Shown here: positions 1 to 8,303 of the stretch, one piece after another
Numbering within the stretch: position 1 is the stretch's first letter
How the letters are laid out: each line of letters opens with the position of its first letter
Source: Escherichia coli
Lineage (GTDB): Bacteria; Pseudomonadota; Gammaproteobacteria; Enterobacterales; Enterobacteriaceae
Assembly: GCF_003019035.1 (NCBI RefSeq)
Contig: NZ_CP027447.1
Strand: one strand, 5' to 3'
Length of the DNA: 64,000 bases
The notes under the pieces: model-generated
Database searches by the model: none
Seen by the model: only the letters and a program-made list of their open reading frames with translations
What the model was told of the DNA's origin: nothing
Position numbers and translations under genes: made by a program

Positions 1-172
1 GTTTTCGTACTGCCATAAAAAATGCCCTCCAGTAGAGAGCATTTTCACTGTATGTATAACCAGTGTCAATGTATGAAATCCTACGACCATACATCTCACT
101 GAAGCCATAATTAAGTTGGCTATTCTTTTTGCTATGTGAGCATGTAACTTTTGCGGTTAACCTGCGGCTCAT
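1..172 (-). CDS. partial ORF (N-terminal part only, runs off left edge); product unknown
   Basis: Minus-strand ATG at 172-170 opens a frame with no stop through position 1 (57 codons). Absent from the ORF track because it has no stop in the window. No family recognised; weak RBS. Confidence 0.2.
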   Translation of the reverse strand, partial: MSRRLTAKVTCSHSKKNSQLNYGFSEMYGRRISYIDTGYTYSENALYWRAFFMAVRK

Positions 173-204
173 TTTTATTTTAGGCGCAGATATAAAAGCA
201 AAAG

Positions 205-396
205 TTATCGTGAGTTTTTAGTACAGATTTTTTTGGATTTACTAATAGTTCCATCATTGCAAACGAATTTGCCATCTGAGGTACAGTGAGAAACACCTCC
301 CTTTTTCCCTGAACAGGGATAATTTCTAGCATAGGTAGTTAGTGGGTTTAATAACAAAGAACATGAAAAAACCACAAAAAATACCTTACCAAGCAT
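205..396 (-). CDS. small Cys-rich protein with signal-peptide-like N-terminus (63 aa), downstream of cI
   Basis: Strong RBS (GGGAGGA) 6 nt before ATG; hydrophobic N-terminus [16 protein letters not shown]; 5 Cys; starts 15 bp after cI stop on the same strand. Confidence 0.45.
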   Translation of the reverse strand: MLGKVFFVVFSCSLLLNPLTTYARNYPCSGKKGGVSHCTSDGKFVCNDGTISKSKKICTKNSR

Positions 397-411
397 AGTT
401 TCCTCCCGGTA

Positions 412-987
412 CTATTTAACATACTTGACTGTTAAACTTATAATTTTACCAATTATTTCAATGTCTTCTATCTTGCATTCGAACGCTCTGTTTCCACCCT
501 CGACGAAGATTCTTCCACCGGGTAAACGAGTAATGTCACGGATCGTTATTTCACCATCAATACTTATTACCCATTTACCATCACGTATATCATCAAATTC
601 CTTATCACAAATAAATTCAGAATTATTATCTGTGATTACAAAAAGACTCTTGAATGCCGACGGTAGAAATCCCCTATCGAAAATATAAAAACCGTCTTCA
701 CACAAGGCACCATCAGATAATACATATTTAGCAACTTCCATAGTATTTGTATTACCTGAAGTTTGCTTTGAACCATGTCCGGTTGTGAGCCAATTAAGCG
801 AGGTGCCCGTTTCAAGGGCGCATTGGATTACCCATTCTGCTGGGAATGAGTCACGCATGTAGCGTGTGGCGAGTGTACTTTTAGAGATTCCTAAATGATC
901 GCACAACGCCTGTCGAGTTTTGAATCCATAAGCTTCTACCATGCGCTCTATAGCGCCTCGTCCGCCTTTCTCCAAATTCATGGTCAC
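412..987 (-). CDS. cI: CI-type immunity repressor (186-like size, 191 aa)
   Basis: Helix-turn-helix-like segment (TRQALCDHLGISKSTLATRYMRD); divergent from the early operon; position and length as in coliphage 186 cI. Confidence 0.75.
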   Translation of the reverse strand: MTMNLEKGGRGAIERMVEAYGFKTRQALCDHLGISKSTLATRYMRDSFPAEWVIQCALETGTSLNWLTTGHGSKQTSGNTNTMEVAKYVLSDGALCEDGFYIFDRGFLPSAFKSLFVITDNNSEFICDKEFDDIRDGKWVISIDGEITIRDITRLPGGRIFVEGGNRAFECKIEDIEIIGKIISLTVKYVK

Positions 988-1005
988 TCCAAGTGAACTT
1001 TTATC

Positions 1006-1034
1006 TTGACGATTTCACTGTGCGATCGTATGTT
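1006..1034 (+). promoter_or_regulatory. candidate early lytic promoter (TTGACG-N17-TATGTT)
   Basis: -35 TTGACG at 1006-1011 and -10 TATGTT at 1029-1034 in the cI/apl intergenic region, upstream of the rightward early operon. Confidence 0.35.
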
Positions 1035-1106
1035 TATGATGTTCACAAAATACAAACGATCCGTATTCGTCCTGATTAATCATCATTAAACGAGGAATGT
1101 TGCATC

Positions 1107-1328
1107 ATGAGACCTAACATTTCAATCACTCTTACCACGCCTCATGTGACTATTGAACGCTATAGCGAGCTGACAGGGCTGTCCATCGATACCATCAATG
1201 ACATGTTGGCTGACGGACGCCTTATCCGTCACCGTCTGCGCAAAGATAAAAAACGCGAAAAAGTGATGATCAACATAGCAGCCATGACCGTTGATGCGCT
1301 TTCAGAATGCAATCTAAACCTTAATTAG
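1107..1328 (+). CDS. Apl/Cox-like small early regulator (73 aa)
   Basis: First gene of the rightward early operon, opposite cI; small basic protein. Assigned by position, not by a recognised motif. Confidence 0.45.
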   Translation: MRPNISITLTTPHVTIERYSELTGLSIDTINDMLADGRLIRHRLRKDKKREKVMINIAAMTVDALSECNLNLN

Positions 1329-1354
1329 TTCGATTCTGAAATACATCAGAGGCA

Positions 1355-1870
1355 TTGACCATGTTTGATTACCAAGTTTCCAAACATCCACATTTTGATG
1401 AAGCCTGTCGTGCATTCGCACTGCGCCACAACCTGGTGCAACTGGCAGAACGTGCGGGCATGAATGTGCAGATTCTGCGGAACAAGCTGAACCCTGCTCA
1501 ACCTCATTTATTAACCGCACCAGAAATCTGGCTGCTTACCGATCTGACTGAAGATTCAACGTTGGTAGATGGTTTTCTGGCACAGATTCATTGTCTGCCA
1601 TGTGTACCGATTAATGAGGTGGCAAAAGAGAAACTGCCGCATTACGTCATGAGCGCAACTGCAGAGATCGGGCGTGTTGCAGCAGGTGCGGTATCTGGTG
1701 ATGTAAAAACCAGTGCCGGTCGTCGTGATGCTATCAGCAGCATTAACTCTGTAACACGACTGATGGCGCTGGCTGCTGTTTCATTGCAGGCCCGTTTACA
1801 GGCTAATCCTGCGATGGCGAGTGCAGTTGATACCGTGACTGGCCTCGGTGCTTCATTCGGTTTGCTGTGA
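1355..1870 (+). CDS. cII: CII-like lysogeny establishment regulator (171 aa)
   Basis: Second gene after the apl-like gene; length matches 186 CII (~169 aa). Confidence 0.6.
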   Translation: MTMFDYQVSKHPHFDEACRAFALRHNLVQLAERAGMNVQILRNKLNPAQPHLLTAPEIWLLTDLTEDSTLVDGFLAQIHCLPCVPINEVAKEKLPHYVMSATAEIGRVAAGAVSGDVKTSAGRRDAISSINSVTRLMALAAVSLQARLQANPAMASAVDTVTGLGASFGLL

Positions 1871-1877
1871 GGTGCTT

Positions 1878-2174
1878 ATGCTGACGAAAGAACCATCATT
1901 TGCATCGCTGCTGGTAAAACAAAGTCCGGCAATGCACTACGGTCACGGCTGGATCATGGGTGAGGATGGTAAACGCTGGCATCCGTGCCGTTCACAAGAT
2001 GAATTGCTGTCTGAATTGACCACGAGGAAACGGAGAAAGTCCAAATGTATGCGGCAGAAAATGAAGTGGTTTATCACTTTCGTTACAGAGGGGAGAATTA
2101 TTCAGTACCTGAAGATGATTTGCTCTGTTGCTATCCGTCGTTGTCGGGCGATGGTAGCTACTTTTTCACGCTAA
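1878..2174 (+). CDS. hypothetical early protein (C-terminal part may be out-of-frame read-through)
   Basis: ATG at 1878 preceded by GAGGTG RBS, just after cII stop; the last ~40 codons overlap the next ORF and look non-protein-like. Confidence 0.3.
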   Translation: MLTKEPSFASLLVKQSPAMHYGHGWIMGEDGKRWHPCRSQDELLSELTTRKRRKSKCMRQKMKWFITFVTEGRIIQYLKMICSVAIRRCRAMVATFSR

Positions 2175-2269
2175 AGGATGGAACCTTTATACGTGGTGAA
2201 AAAGTACAAGAAGTGATGCGTATAAAGACATCACCTCTTGAACGTTATCGGCGAAATATTTATCGGTAA
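2045..2269 (+). CDS. hypothetical phage early protein (74 aa)
   Basis: ORF with a protein-like composition in the early operon; no recognised motif. Confidence 0.4.
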   Translation: MYAAENEVVYHFRYRGENYSVPEDDLLCCYPSLSGDGSYFFTLKDGTFIRGEKVQEVMRIKTSPLERYRRNIYR

Positions 2270-2508
2270 CGATCTATCAGTGTCTGTATCAGATGAGTGA
2301 ATTCTTGTTGTTTAACCGAACCTAAAGGAAGTTTGTTTAATTCTTCGCGGAGGAGCTCAAAAAATGCTGATTGATTTGCTGAGTCAGTTCGAAATAAGGA
2401 GTGGATCAGACCTGAAACAAGAATTCGTTGAACAGCAACCTCATCGCGAAGACTGGAGATCTCGTTTTCAAGTTGCTCTATACGCTCTCTTTCAACCGGG
2501 TTCAACAT
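2260..2508 (-). CDS. hypothetical coiled-coil protein (82 aa), antisense to the early operon
   Basis: Minus-strand ORF with heptad-like composition (ERERIEQLENEISSLRDEV); the overlapping plus-strand ORF 2364-2627 looks spurious. Confidence 0.35.
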   Translation of the reverse strand: MLNPVERERIEQLENEISSLRDEVAVQRILVSGLIHSLFRTDSANQSAFFELLREELNKLPLGSVKQQEFTHLIQTLIDRYR

Positions 2509-2590
2509 TGATGATTCCTTCTAGCTATCAATATGTTGGTAATGGATCATATCAAAAATTTTTTAGTAGATGTGTTGTGGGGATGCATAA

Positions 2591-2932
2591 ATGGCTATTG
2601 AAAGCGCTGCGGCGACTGTTCCATTAAGCCCCGGCGAACGCCTGAATGGACTTAATCACATAGCGGAATTAAGGGCGAAAGTTTTTGGCCTGAATATTGA
2701 GTCAGAGCTTGAGCGGTTTATTAAAGATATGCGTGATCCACGGGATATCAATAATGAACAAAATAAACGGGCACTGGCTGCTATATTCTTTATGGCAAAA
2801 ATTCCAGCTGAACGTCATAGCATCAGCATTAATGAGCTGACCACTGACGAAAAGCGGGAGCTGATTAAAGCAATGAATCATTTTCGTGCAGTGGTGAGCT
2901 TATTTCCCAGACGGCTAACCATGCCGAATTAA
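2591..2932 (+). CDS. hypothetical phage early protein (113 aa)
   Basis: ORF in the early operon between cII and dam. Confidence 0.5.
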   Translation: MAIESAAATVPLSPGERLNGLNHIAELRAKVFGLNIESELERFIKDMRDPRDINNEQNKRALAAIFFMAKIPAERHSISINELTTDEKRELIKAMNHFRAVVSLFPRRLTMPN

Positions 2933-2993
2933 CCAACTAATGAAATTAATGGCGTAAACCCGCCGGGCATCCCTTTATCTAAATTCAGGAGAA

Positions 2994-3233
2994 TTGATTA
3001 TGCGTAATATTGAAACCCTCTCGACCAAAACCGGACCGGATGACGCAGGGCTTAATATTTTACTGACAGAAGCTCGTCTGGAAGAACGCCGGGCAAGGGC
3101 TGAAGCAATGGCAGCTCGCCTTGATAGCCTGGCGTGTCATATCACATCCCGCCAGCTAACCCACGTCGAAGCGGCAGAACTGCTTCGTGTGACTGCTGAA
3201 GCAATCCAGAACGAAGCGCAGGAGATCCACTAA
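2994..3233 (+). CDS. hypothetical phage early protein (79 aa)
   Basis: ORF in the early operon; end overlaps the next gene start (ATGGCTGA). Confidence 0.5.
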   Translation: MIMRNIETLSTKTGPDDAGLNILLTEARLEERRARAEAMAARLDSLACHITSRQLTHVEAAELLRVTAEAIQNEAQEIH

Positions 3234-3460
3234 TGGCTGATGCAATGGATCTCGTACAGCAGCGCGTTGAAGAAGAACGCCAACGCCATATCCGTGCTGC
3301 CCGTGCCAAAACGCCGGGCGTGTCCCGCGTGCTTTGCATTGAGTGTGAAGCGCCAATTCCGCCAGCACGCCGCCGTGCCATTCCGGGTGTGCAGCTTTGC
3401 ATTACCTGTCAGGAAATCGCAGAGCTGAAAGGCAAACATTACAACGGAGGTGCTGTATGA
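3233..3460 (+). CDS. TraR/DksA-type C4 zinc-finger protein
   Basis: CxxC-N17-CxxC motif (CIECEAPIPPARRRAIPGVQLCITC); typical P2-family early gene. Confidence 0.7.
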   Translation: MADAMDLVQQRVEEERQRHIRAARAKTPGVSRVLCIECEAPIPPARRRAIPGVQLCITCQEIAELKGKHYNGGAV

Positions 3461-4314
3461 GCACCATCCTGAAATGGGCGGGAAATAAAACTGCCATAAT
3501 GTCCGAACTGAAAAAACATCTTCCTGCTGGCCCGCGACTGGTTGAACCTTTCGCGGGTTCCTGTGCTGTGATGATGGAGACGGATTATCCCAGCTATCTG
3601 GTTGCGGATATTAATCCTGATTTAATCAACCTCTATAAAAAGGTTGTCGCTGATTGTGAATCGTTTATATCTCGCGCCAGAGTTTTATTTGAGAACGCAA
3701 ACAGGGAGATGGATTATTACAACATAAGGCAGGAGTTTAATTACTCAACTGAAATTACTGATTTCATGAAAGCGGTATATTTCCTGTATCTCAATCGTCA
3801 CGGTTACCGTGGTTTATGTCGCTATAACAAGAGCGGGCATTTCAACATTCCCTACGGTAATTATAAAAATCCGTATTTCCCTGAAAAAGAAATTCGCGCA
3901 TTTGCAGAGAAAGCCCAGCGGGCAACGTTTATCTGCGCCAGCTTTGATGAAACGCTGGCGATGCTGCAGGTGGGGGATGTGGTGTATTGCGATCCGCCTT
4001 ATGACGGCACGTTTTCCGGTTATCACACTGACGGCTTCACTGAAGATGACCAGTATCATCTGGCATCCGTTCTTGAGCATCGGTCATCAGAAGGACATCC
4101 GGTCATTGTTTCTAACAGTGACACATCCCTGATCCGTTCGCTGTATCGCAATTTTACTCACCACTACATCAAGGCAAAACGCAGCATCGGCGTAGCAGCT
4201 GGTGAGAGTAAATCTGCAACAGAAATCATCGCTGTTTCTGGGGCACGCTGCTGGGTGGGATTTGATCCTTCGCGTGGCGTGGATAGTTCTGCTGTGTACG
4301 AGGTGCGTGTATGA
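3457..4314 (+). CDS. dam: DNA adenine methyltransferase (Dam family)
   Basis: DPPY catalytic motif (VYCDPPYDG) and AdoMet-binding-like EPFAGSCAV; GGAGG RBS; ATGA overlap with upstream gene. The ORF-track start 3397 was rejected as an N-terminal over-extension. Confidence 0.85.
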   Translation: MSTILKWAGNKTAIMSELKKHLPAGPRLVEPFAGSCAVMMETDYPSYLVADINPDLINLYKKVVADCESFISRARVLFENANREMDYYNIRQEFNYSTEITDFMKAVYFLYLNRHGYRGLCRYNKSGHFNIPYGNYKNPYFPEKEIRAFAEKAQRATFICASFDETLAMLQVGDVVYCDPPYDGTFSGYHTDGFTEDDQYHLASVLEHRSSEGHPVIVSNSDTSLIRSLYRNFTHHYIKAKRSIGVAAGESKSATEIIAVSGARCWVGFDPSRGVDSSAVYEVRV

Positions 4315-6725
4315 GTCATGACGATATGAGCAACTCTAGCGGCTTTAACGAGGCCGCTGCATCATTTTCATGGAACGGCCCGAAAAAGGCCATTAACCCT
4401 TATCTGGACCCGGCGGAAGTTGCGCCGGAGTCTGCACTTTCAAACCTGATCACTCTGTATGCTGCCGATAACGAGCAGGAACAACTGCGCCGCGAGGCAC
4501 TGAGTGAGCAGGTCTGGGAGCGTTATTTCTTTAATGAATCCCGTGATCCTGTCCAGCGCGAAATGGAGCAGGATAAGCTCATTAGCCGGGCAAAGCTGGC
4601 GCATGAGCAGCAGCGTTTTAATCCAGACATGGTCATTCTGGCTGACGTCAACGCCCAGCCTTCCCATATCAGCAAGCCGCTGATGCAACGTATTGAATAC
4701 TTCAGCAGCCTGGGCAGGCCAAAGGCTTATTCCCGCTATTTGCGTGAGACGATTAAGCCATGTCTGGAACGACTGGAGCATGTACGCGACAGTCAGCTAT
4801 CCACTTCTTTTCGCTTTATGGCAAGCCATGAAGGGCTGGACGGCCTGCTGATCCTGCCTGAAATGAGTCAGGATCAGGTGAAACGCCTGTCTACCCTTGT
4901 CGCTGCGCATATGAGCATGTGTCTTGATGCCGCTTGTGGTGATTTGTACGCCACCGATGATGTTAAGCCAGAAGAAATCCGCAAGACATGGGAAAAGGTG
5001 GCAGCGGAAACCCTACGTTTGGATGTCATCCCGCCTGCGTTTGAGCAACTCCGTCGGAAAAGAAACCGCCGTAAACCAGTGCCCTATGAACTCATTCCGG
5101 GCTCGCTGGCGCGTATGCTGTGCGCCGACTGGTGGTATCGGAAATTGTGGAAGATGCGTTGCGAATGGCGGGAAGAGCAGTTGCGTGCTGTCTGCCTGGT
5201 CAGCAAAAAAGCATCTCCCTATGTCAGCTATGAAGCTGTGATGCATAAACGTGAGCAGCGCCGTAAGTCGCTGGAGTTTTTCCGTTCTCATGAACTGGTG
5301 AACGAAGACGGAGACGCGCTGGATATGGAAGATGTGGTAAACGCCAGCTGCAGCAACCCGGCGCATCGCCGCAATGAGATGATGGCCTGTGTTAAAGGTC
5401 TGGAGCTTATCGCGGAAATGCGCGGTGACTGCGCCGTTTTCTACACCATTACCTGTCCGTCACGTTTCCATTCCACGCTCAATAACGGCAGACCCAACCC
5501 GACCTGGAAAAACGCGACGGTAAGACAAAGCAGCGATTATCTGGTCGGTATGTTTGCTGCATTTCGTAAGGCGATGCACAAAGCCGGGTTGCGCTGGTAT
5601 GGCGTGCGGGTGGCTGAGCCGCATCACGACGGCACAGTTCACTGGCACCTGTTGTGTTTCATGCGCAAAAAAGACCGCCGCGCCATTACTGCATTGTTGC
5701 GTAAGTTTGCTATCCGTGAAGACCGCGAGGAGCTGGGCAATAACACGGGGCCGCGCTTTAAGTCTGAGTTGATTAACCCGCGCAAAGGTACGCCAACAAG
5801 CTACATCGCGAAATACATCAGTAAGAACATTGACGGGCGTGGTCTGGCTGGCGAGATCAGCAAGGAAACGGGGAAATCCCTGCGTGATAATGCTGAATAC
5901 GTTAATGCCTGGGCGTCTCTGCATCGTGTTCAGCAATTCCGCTTCTTTGGCATTCCGGGGCGTCAGGCTTACCGCGAACTGCGATTGCTGGCTGGTCAGG
6001 CGGCAAGGCAACAGGGGGACAAAAAAGCAGGTGCGCCGGTACTGGATAACCCGCGCCTTGATGCAATCCTGGCTGCTGCTGATGCTGGTTGTTTTGCCAC
6101 CTACATCATGAAGCAGGGCGGCGTACTGGTTCCCCGCAAATATCACCTGATCAGAACCGCTTATGAAATCAACGAAGAGCCGACCGCCTATGGCGATCAC
6201 GGCATTCGTATTTATGGCATCTGGTCACCCATTGCAGAGGGCAAGATCTGCACTCATGCAGTGAAGTGGAAAATGGTTCGTAAGGCCGTTGACGTTCAGG
6301 AGGCGGCAGCCGACCAGGGCGCTTGCGCCCCTTGGACTCGTGGCAATAACTGTCCCCTTGCTGAAAATTTGAACCAACAAGGGAAAGACAAATCAGCTGA
6401 TGGGGACTCCAGAACGGATATTACCCGTATGAATGACAAGGAGTTGCACGATTACCTGCACAGTATGAGCAAAAAAGAGCGCCGGGAACTGGCTGCAAGG
6501 TTACGCCAGGTGAAACCGAAACGGCGTAAAGACTACAAACAGCGAATTACAGACCATCAGCGACAGCAGCTCGTCTATGAACTGAAGTCCAGGGGATTTG
6601 ATGGCAGCGAGAAAGAAGTCGATTTGCTCCTTCGCGGCGGCAGTATTCCGTCAGGAGCAGGCCTGCGTATCTTCTATCGGAACCAACGTCTGAAGGAAGA
6701 TGATAAGTGGCGGAACCTGTATTAA
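4311..6725 (+). CDS. replication initiation endonuclease (P2 gpA / 186 A homolog, rolling-circle type)
   Basis: 804-aa protein with HUH-like motif (VHWHLLCF) and downstream tyrosine region (YIAKYISKN); position after dam as in P2-like phages. Confidence 0.85.
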   Translation: MSHDDMSNSSGFNEAAASFSWNGPKKAINPYLDPAEVAPESALSNLITLYAADNEQEQLRREALSEQVWERYFFNESRDPVQREMEQDKLISRAKLAHEQQRFNPDMVILADVNAQPSHISKPLMQRIEYFSSLGRPKAYSRYLRETIKPCLERLEHVRDSQLSTSFRFMASHEGLDGLLILPEMSQDQVKRLSTLVAAHMSMCLDAACGDLYATDDVKPEEIRKTWEKVAAETLRLDVIPPAFEQLRRKRNRRKPVPYELIPGSLARMLCADWWYRKLWKMRCEWREEQLRAVCLVSKKASPYVSYEAVMHKREQRRKSLEFFRSHELVNEDGDALDMEDVVNASCSNPAHRRNEMMACVKGLELIAEMRGDCAVFYTITCPSRFHSTLNNGRPNPTWKNATVRQSSDYLVGMFAAFRKAMHKAGLRWYGVRVAEPHHDGTVHWHLLCFMRKKDRRAITALLRKFAIREDREELGNNTGPRFKSELINPRKGTPTSYIAKYISKNIDGRGLAGEISKETGKSLRDNAEYVNAWASLHRVQQFRFFGIPGRQAYRELRLLAGQAARQQGDKKAGAPVLDNPRLDAILAAADAGCFATYIMKQGGVLVPRKYHLIRTAYEINEEPTAYGDHGIRIYGIWSPIAEGKICTHAVKWKMVRKAVDVQEAAADQGACAPWTRGNNCPLAENLNQQGKDKSADGDSRTDITRMNDKELHDYLHSMSKKERRELAARLRQVKPKRRKDYKQRITDHQRQQLVYELKSRGFDGSEKEVDLLLRGGSIPSGAGLRIFYRNQRLKEDDKWRNLY

Positions 6726-6817
6726 TTACGCGGGTTAACAATTCGTGCTCTTAATAATACCAGGCATATCAGGCCGATGAACGTAAAAAAACGTTTTACA
6801 TCAGTAAGATTATTATA

Positions 6818-6837
6818 TACTGTAAATATAAACAGTG
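6818..6837. promoter_or_regulatory. LexA (SOS) box
   Basis: TACTGTAAATATAAACAGTG matches the LexA consensus TACTGTATATATATACAGTA at 17/20 with intact CTGT-N8-ACAG; ~40 bp upstream of the ORF at 6878. Confidence 0.6.
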
Positions 6838-6877
6838 GTTATGTATACAGTATTGTTTTGGTGTCATAGGAGGAAAG

Positions 6878-7066
6878 ATGCAGGACTATTTTTTGGAGTC
6901 TTTGAAGCTCCAGCGCATTGATTTTTTTCTTAAGCTTGTAGCGGCTAGTGAGTGTAGTGATGAAGAGAAGGGGCTGGCTCTGCAGTGGGTTTCTGAATTG
7001 ACTGATGAACTCATGGCAAAAATCAGAAGCCACGAATACAACCGCTCAATGGATGTCATCAGCTGA
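6878..7066 (+). CDS. small SOS-controlled protein (62 aa), possible Tum-like antirepressor N-terminal module
   Basis: Strong RBS AGGAGG before ATG; immediately downstream of the LexA box; followed after 10 bp by the DinI-like ORF. Confidence 0.4.
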   Translation: MQDYFLESLKLQRIDFFLKLVAASECSDEEKGLALQWVSELTDELMAKIRSHEYNRSMDVIS

Positions 7067-7076
7067 GGTGACTTTT

Positions 7077-7310
7077 ATGCGCATTGAAATAATGATCGAT
7101 AAAGAGCAGAAGATTAGCCAGTCTACCCTGGACGCCCTTGAATCCGAGCTTTACCGCAATCTGCGCCCCCTGTATCCCAAAACGGTAATTCGCATTCGCA
7201 AAGGTAGCTCTAACGGTGTGGAACTAACCGGACTGCAACTGGATGAAGAAAGAAAACAAGTGATGAATATTATGCAGAAGGTGTGGGAGGACGACAGCTG
7301 GCTGCATTAA
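7077..7310 (+). CDS. dinI: DinI-family protein (77 aa)
   Basis: MRIEIMIDKEQ...VWEDDSWLH resembles DinI (MRIEVTIAK...WESADDW) in length and at both ends; LexA box upstream. Confidence 0.75.
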   Translation: MRIEIMIDKEQKISQSTLDALESELYRNLRPLYPKTVIRIRKGSSNGVELTGLQLDEERKQVMNIMQKVWEDDSWLH

Positions 7311-7502
7311 GAAACGTTGCCCCCAGGAGGATTCATTCTGATGGGGGCTAGTTTGGGCAATGAGTGAAATAAGGCGTAAGGTGGGCGGTTATTTTGATAA
7401 GTGATCGTCCGCTTTGTGTCAGAAGCAGAAGTGGGAGTGTCTGAGACTCTCTAAAAGTTGATGATTCACTTACAAAACCATTTTCCTGATGGATGCTTAC
7501 AC

Positions 7503-7838
7503 TTACGAATGATCATTCTGTTTAGTCTTCATGAGAAAATCCCGAATCTTTGCCAAGTTTGAATTTTCGGGGATTGAATCCATGTACGGATCACGCTCAA
7601 ACACTAATTGCTCAGATTCAACGAAAGCCTGCCACTCTACTGGGTCTAGCTCAAATCCCATTGCTGTCATATCACTTTCATCTTCCCCCTCGATCCAGTG
7701 GACTAAATAAAACAATTCATCATCAGGAGAATCATCCTCACCATCAACAATATCAACATCGGTTACAGTGATACGTAGGGTGGGATCGATTTTTGAGACA
7801 TAAATTCCTAACTGTGGTATAGGGGGAATATTGTTCAT
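7503..7838 (-). CDS. strongly acidic hypothetical protein (111 aa)
   Basis: 26 Asp/Glu versus 7 Lys/Arg; strong RBS (AAGGAG) on the minus strand; own transcription unit, convergent with dinI and divergent from the KAP NTPase. Confidence 0.55.
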   Translation of the reverse strand: MNNIPPIPQLGIYVSKIDPTLRITVTDVDIVDGEDDSPDDELFYLVHWIEGEDESDMTAMGFELDPVEWQAFVESEQLVFERDPYMDSIPENSNLAKIRDFLMKTKQNDHS

Positions 7839-8217
7839 GGAAACTCCTTTTATTGGTGTTTGCTATTTGAATAAAAATACGCCAAACAGAGTGTTAACTG
7901 TGAATATGGAAAGAATCGTTGTAAGTACCCCGCTTAGGTGTCCCATTCTATTTTAGAGGTTCTCGTGCATATGGATTATGTTATCTGAAAGTTAACTTCC
8001 GCTTCCCGTTCACAGCGAACATTCATCTTTGTAAACCCGTATGATCCGTTTTTCAAGTGGCCATTCAGATACGGATTTTCACTTCCTTGACAGTGCATGA
8101 CTATGCTGCATGAAATCGCATGATCGATTGAGGATCGTCTTTGCTCAGATCCGCCAGAACTGGCGGGCTTTTGCTCATGTCATGCATGTGCATGAAAACC
8201 ACTGCATAAAGCGGGCA

Positions 8218-8236
8218 GGCGTGGCGGGGATACGAG
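8218..8236. other. candidate cos cohesive-end core (P2/186-like)
   Basis: GGCGTGGCGGGGATACGAG then GCGCGCGCT; resembles the P2/186 cohesive-end sequence as I recall it (GGCG[A/T]GGCGGGGAAAGCA..). Recalled from memory, not verified. Confidence 0.3.
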
Positions 8237-8303
8237 CGCGCGCTTATTACTTTGATAGTACTCGGGTTATAATATGGATGACTATCTATCTCGGAGAATG
8301 TGC

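Noticed and set aside
5460-6200. 246-aa minus-strand ORF within replication gene A
   Set aside because: Antisense shadow ORF; the gene A frame carries the recognisable HUH/Tyr motifs.
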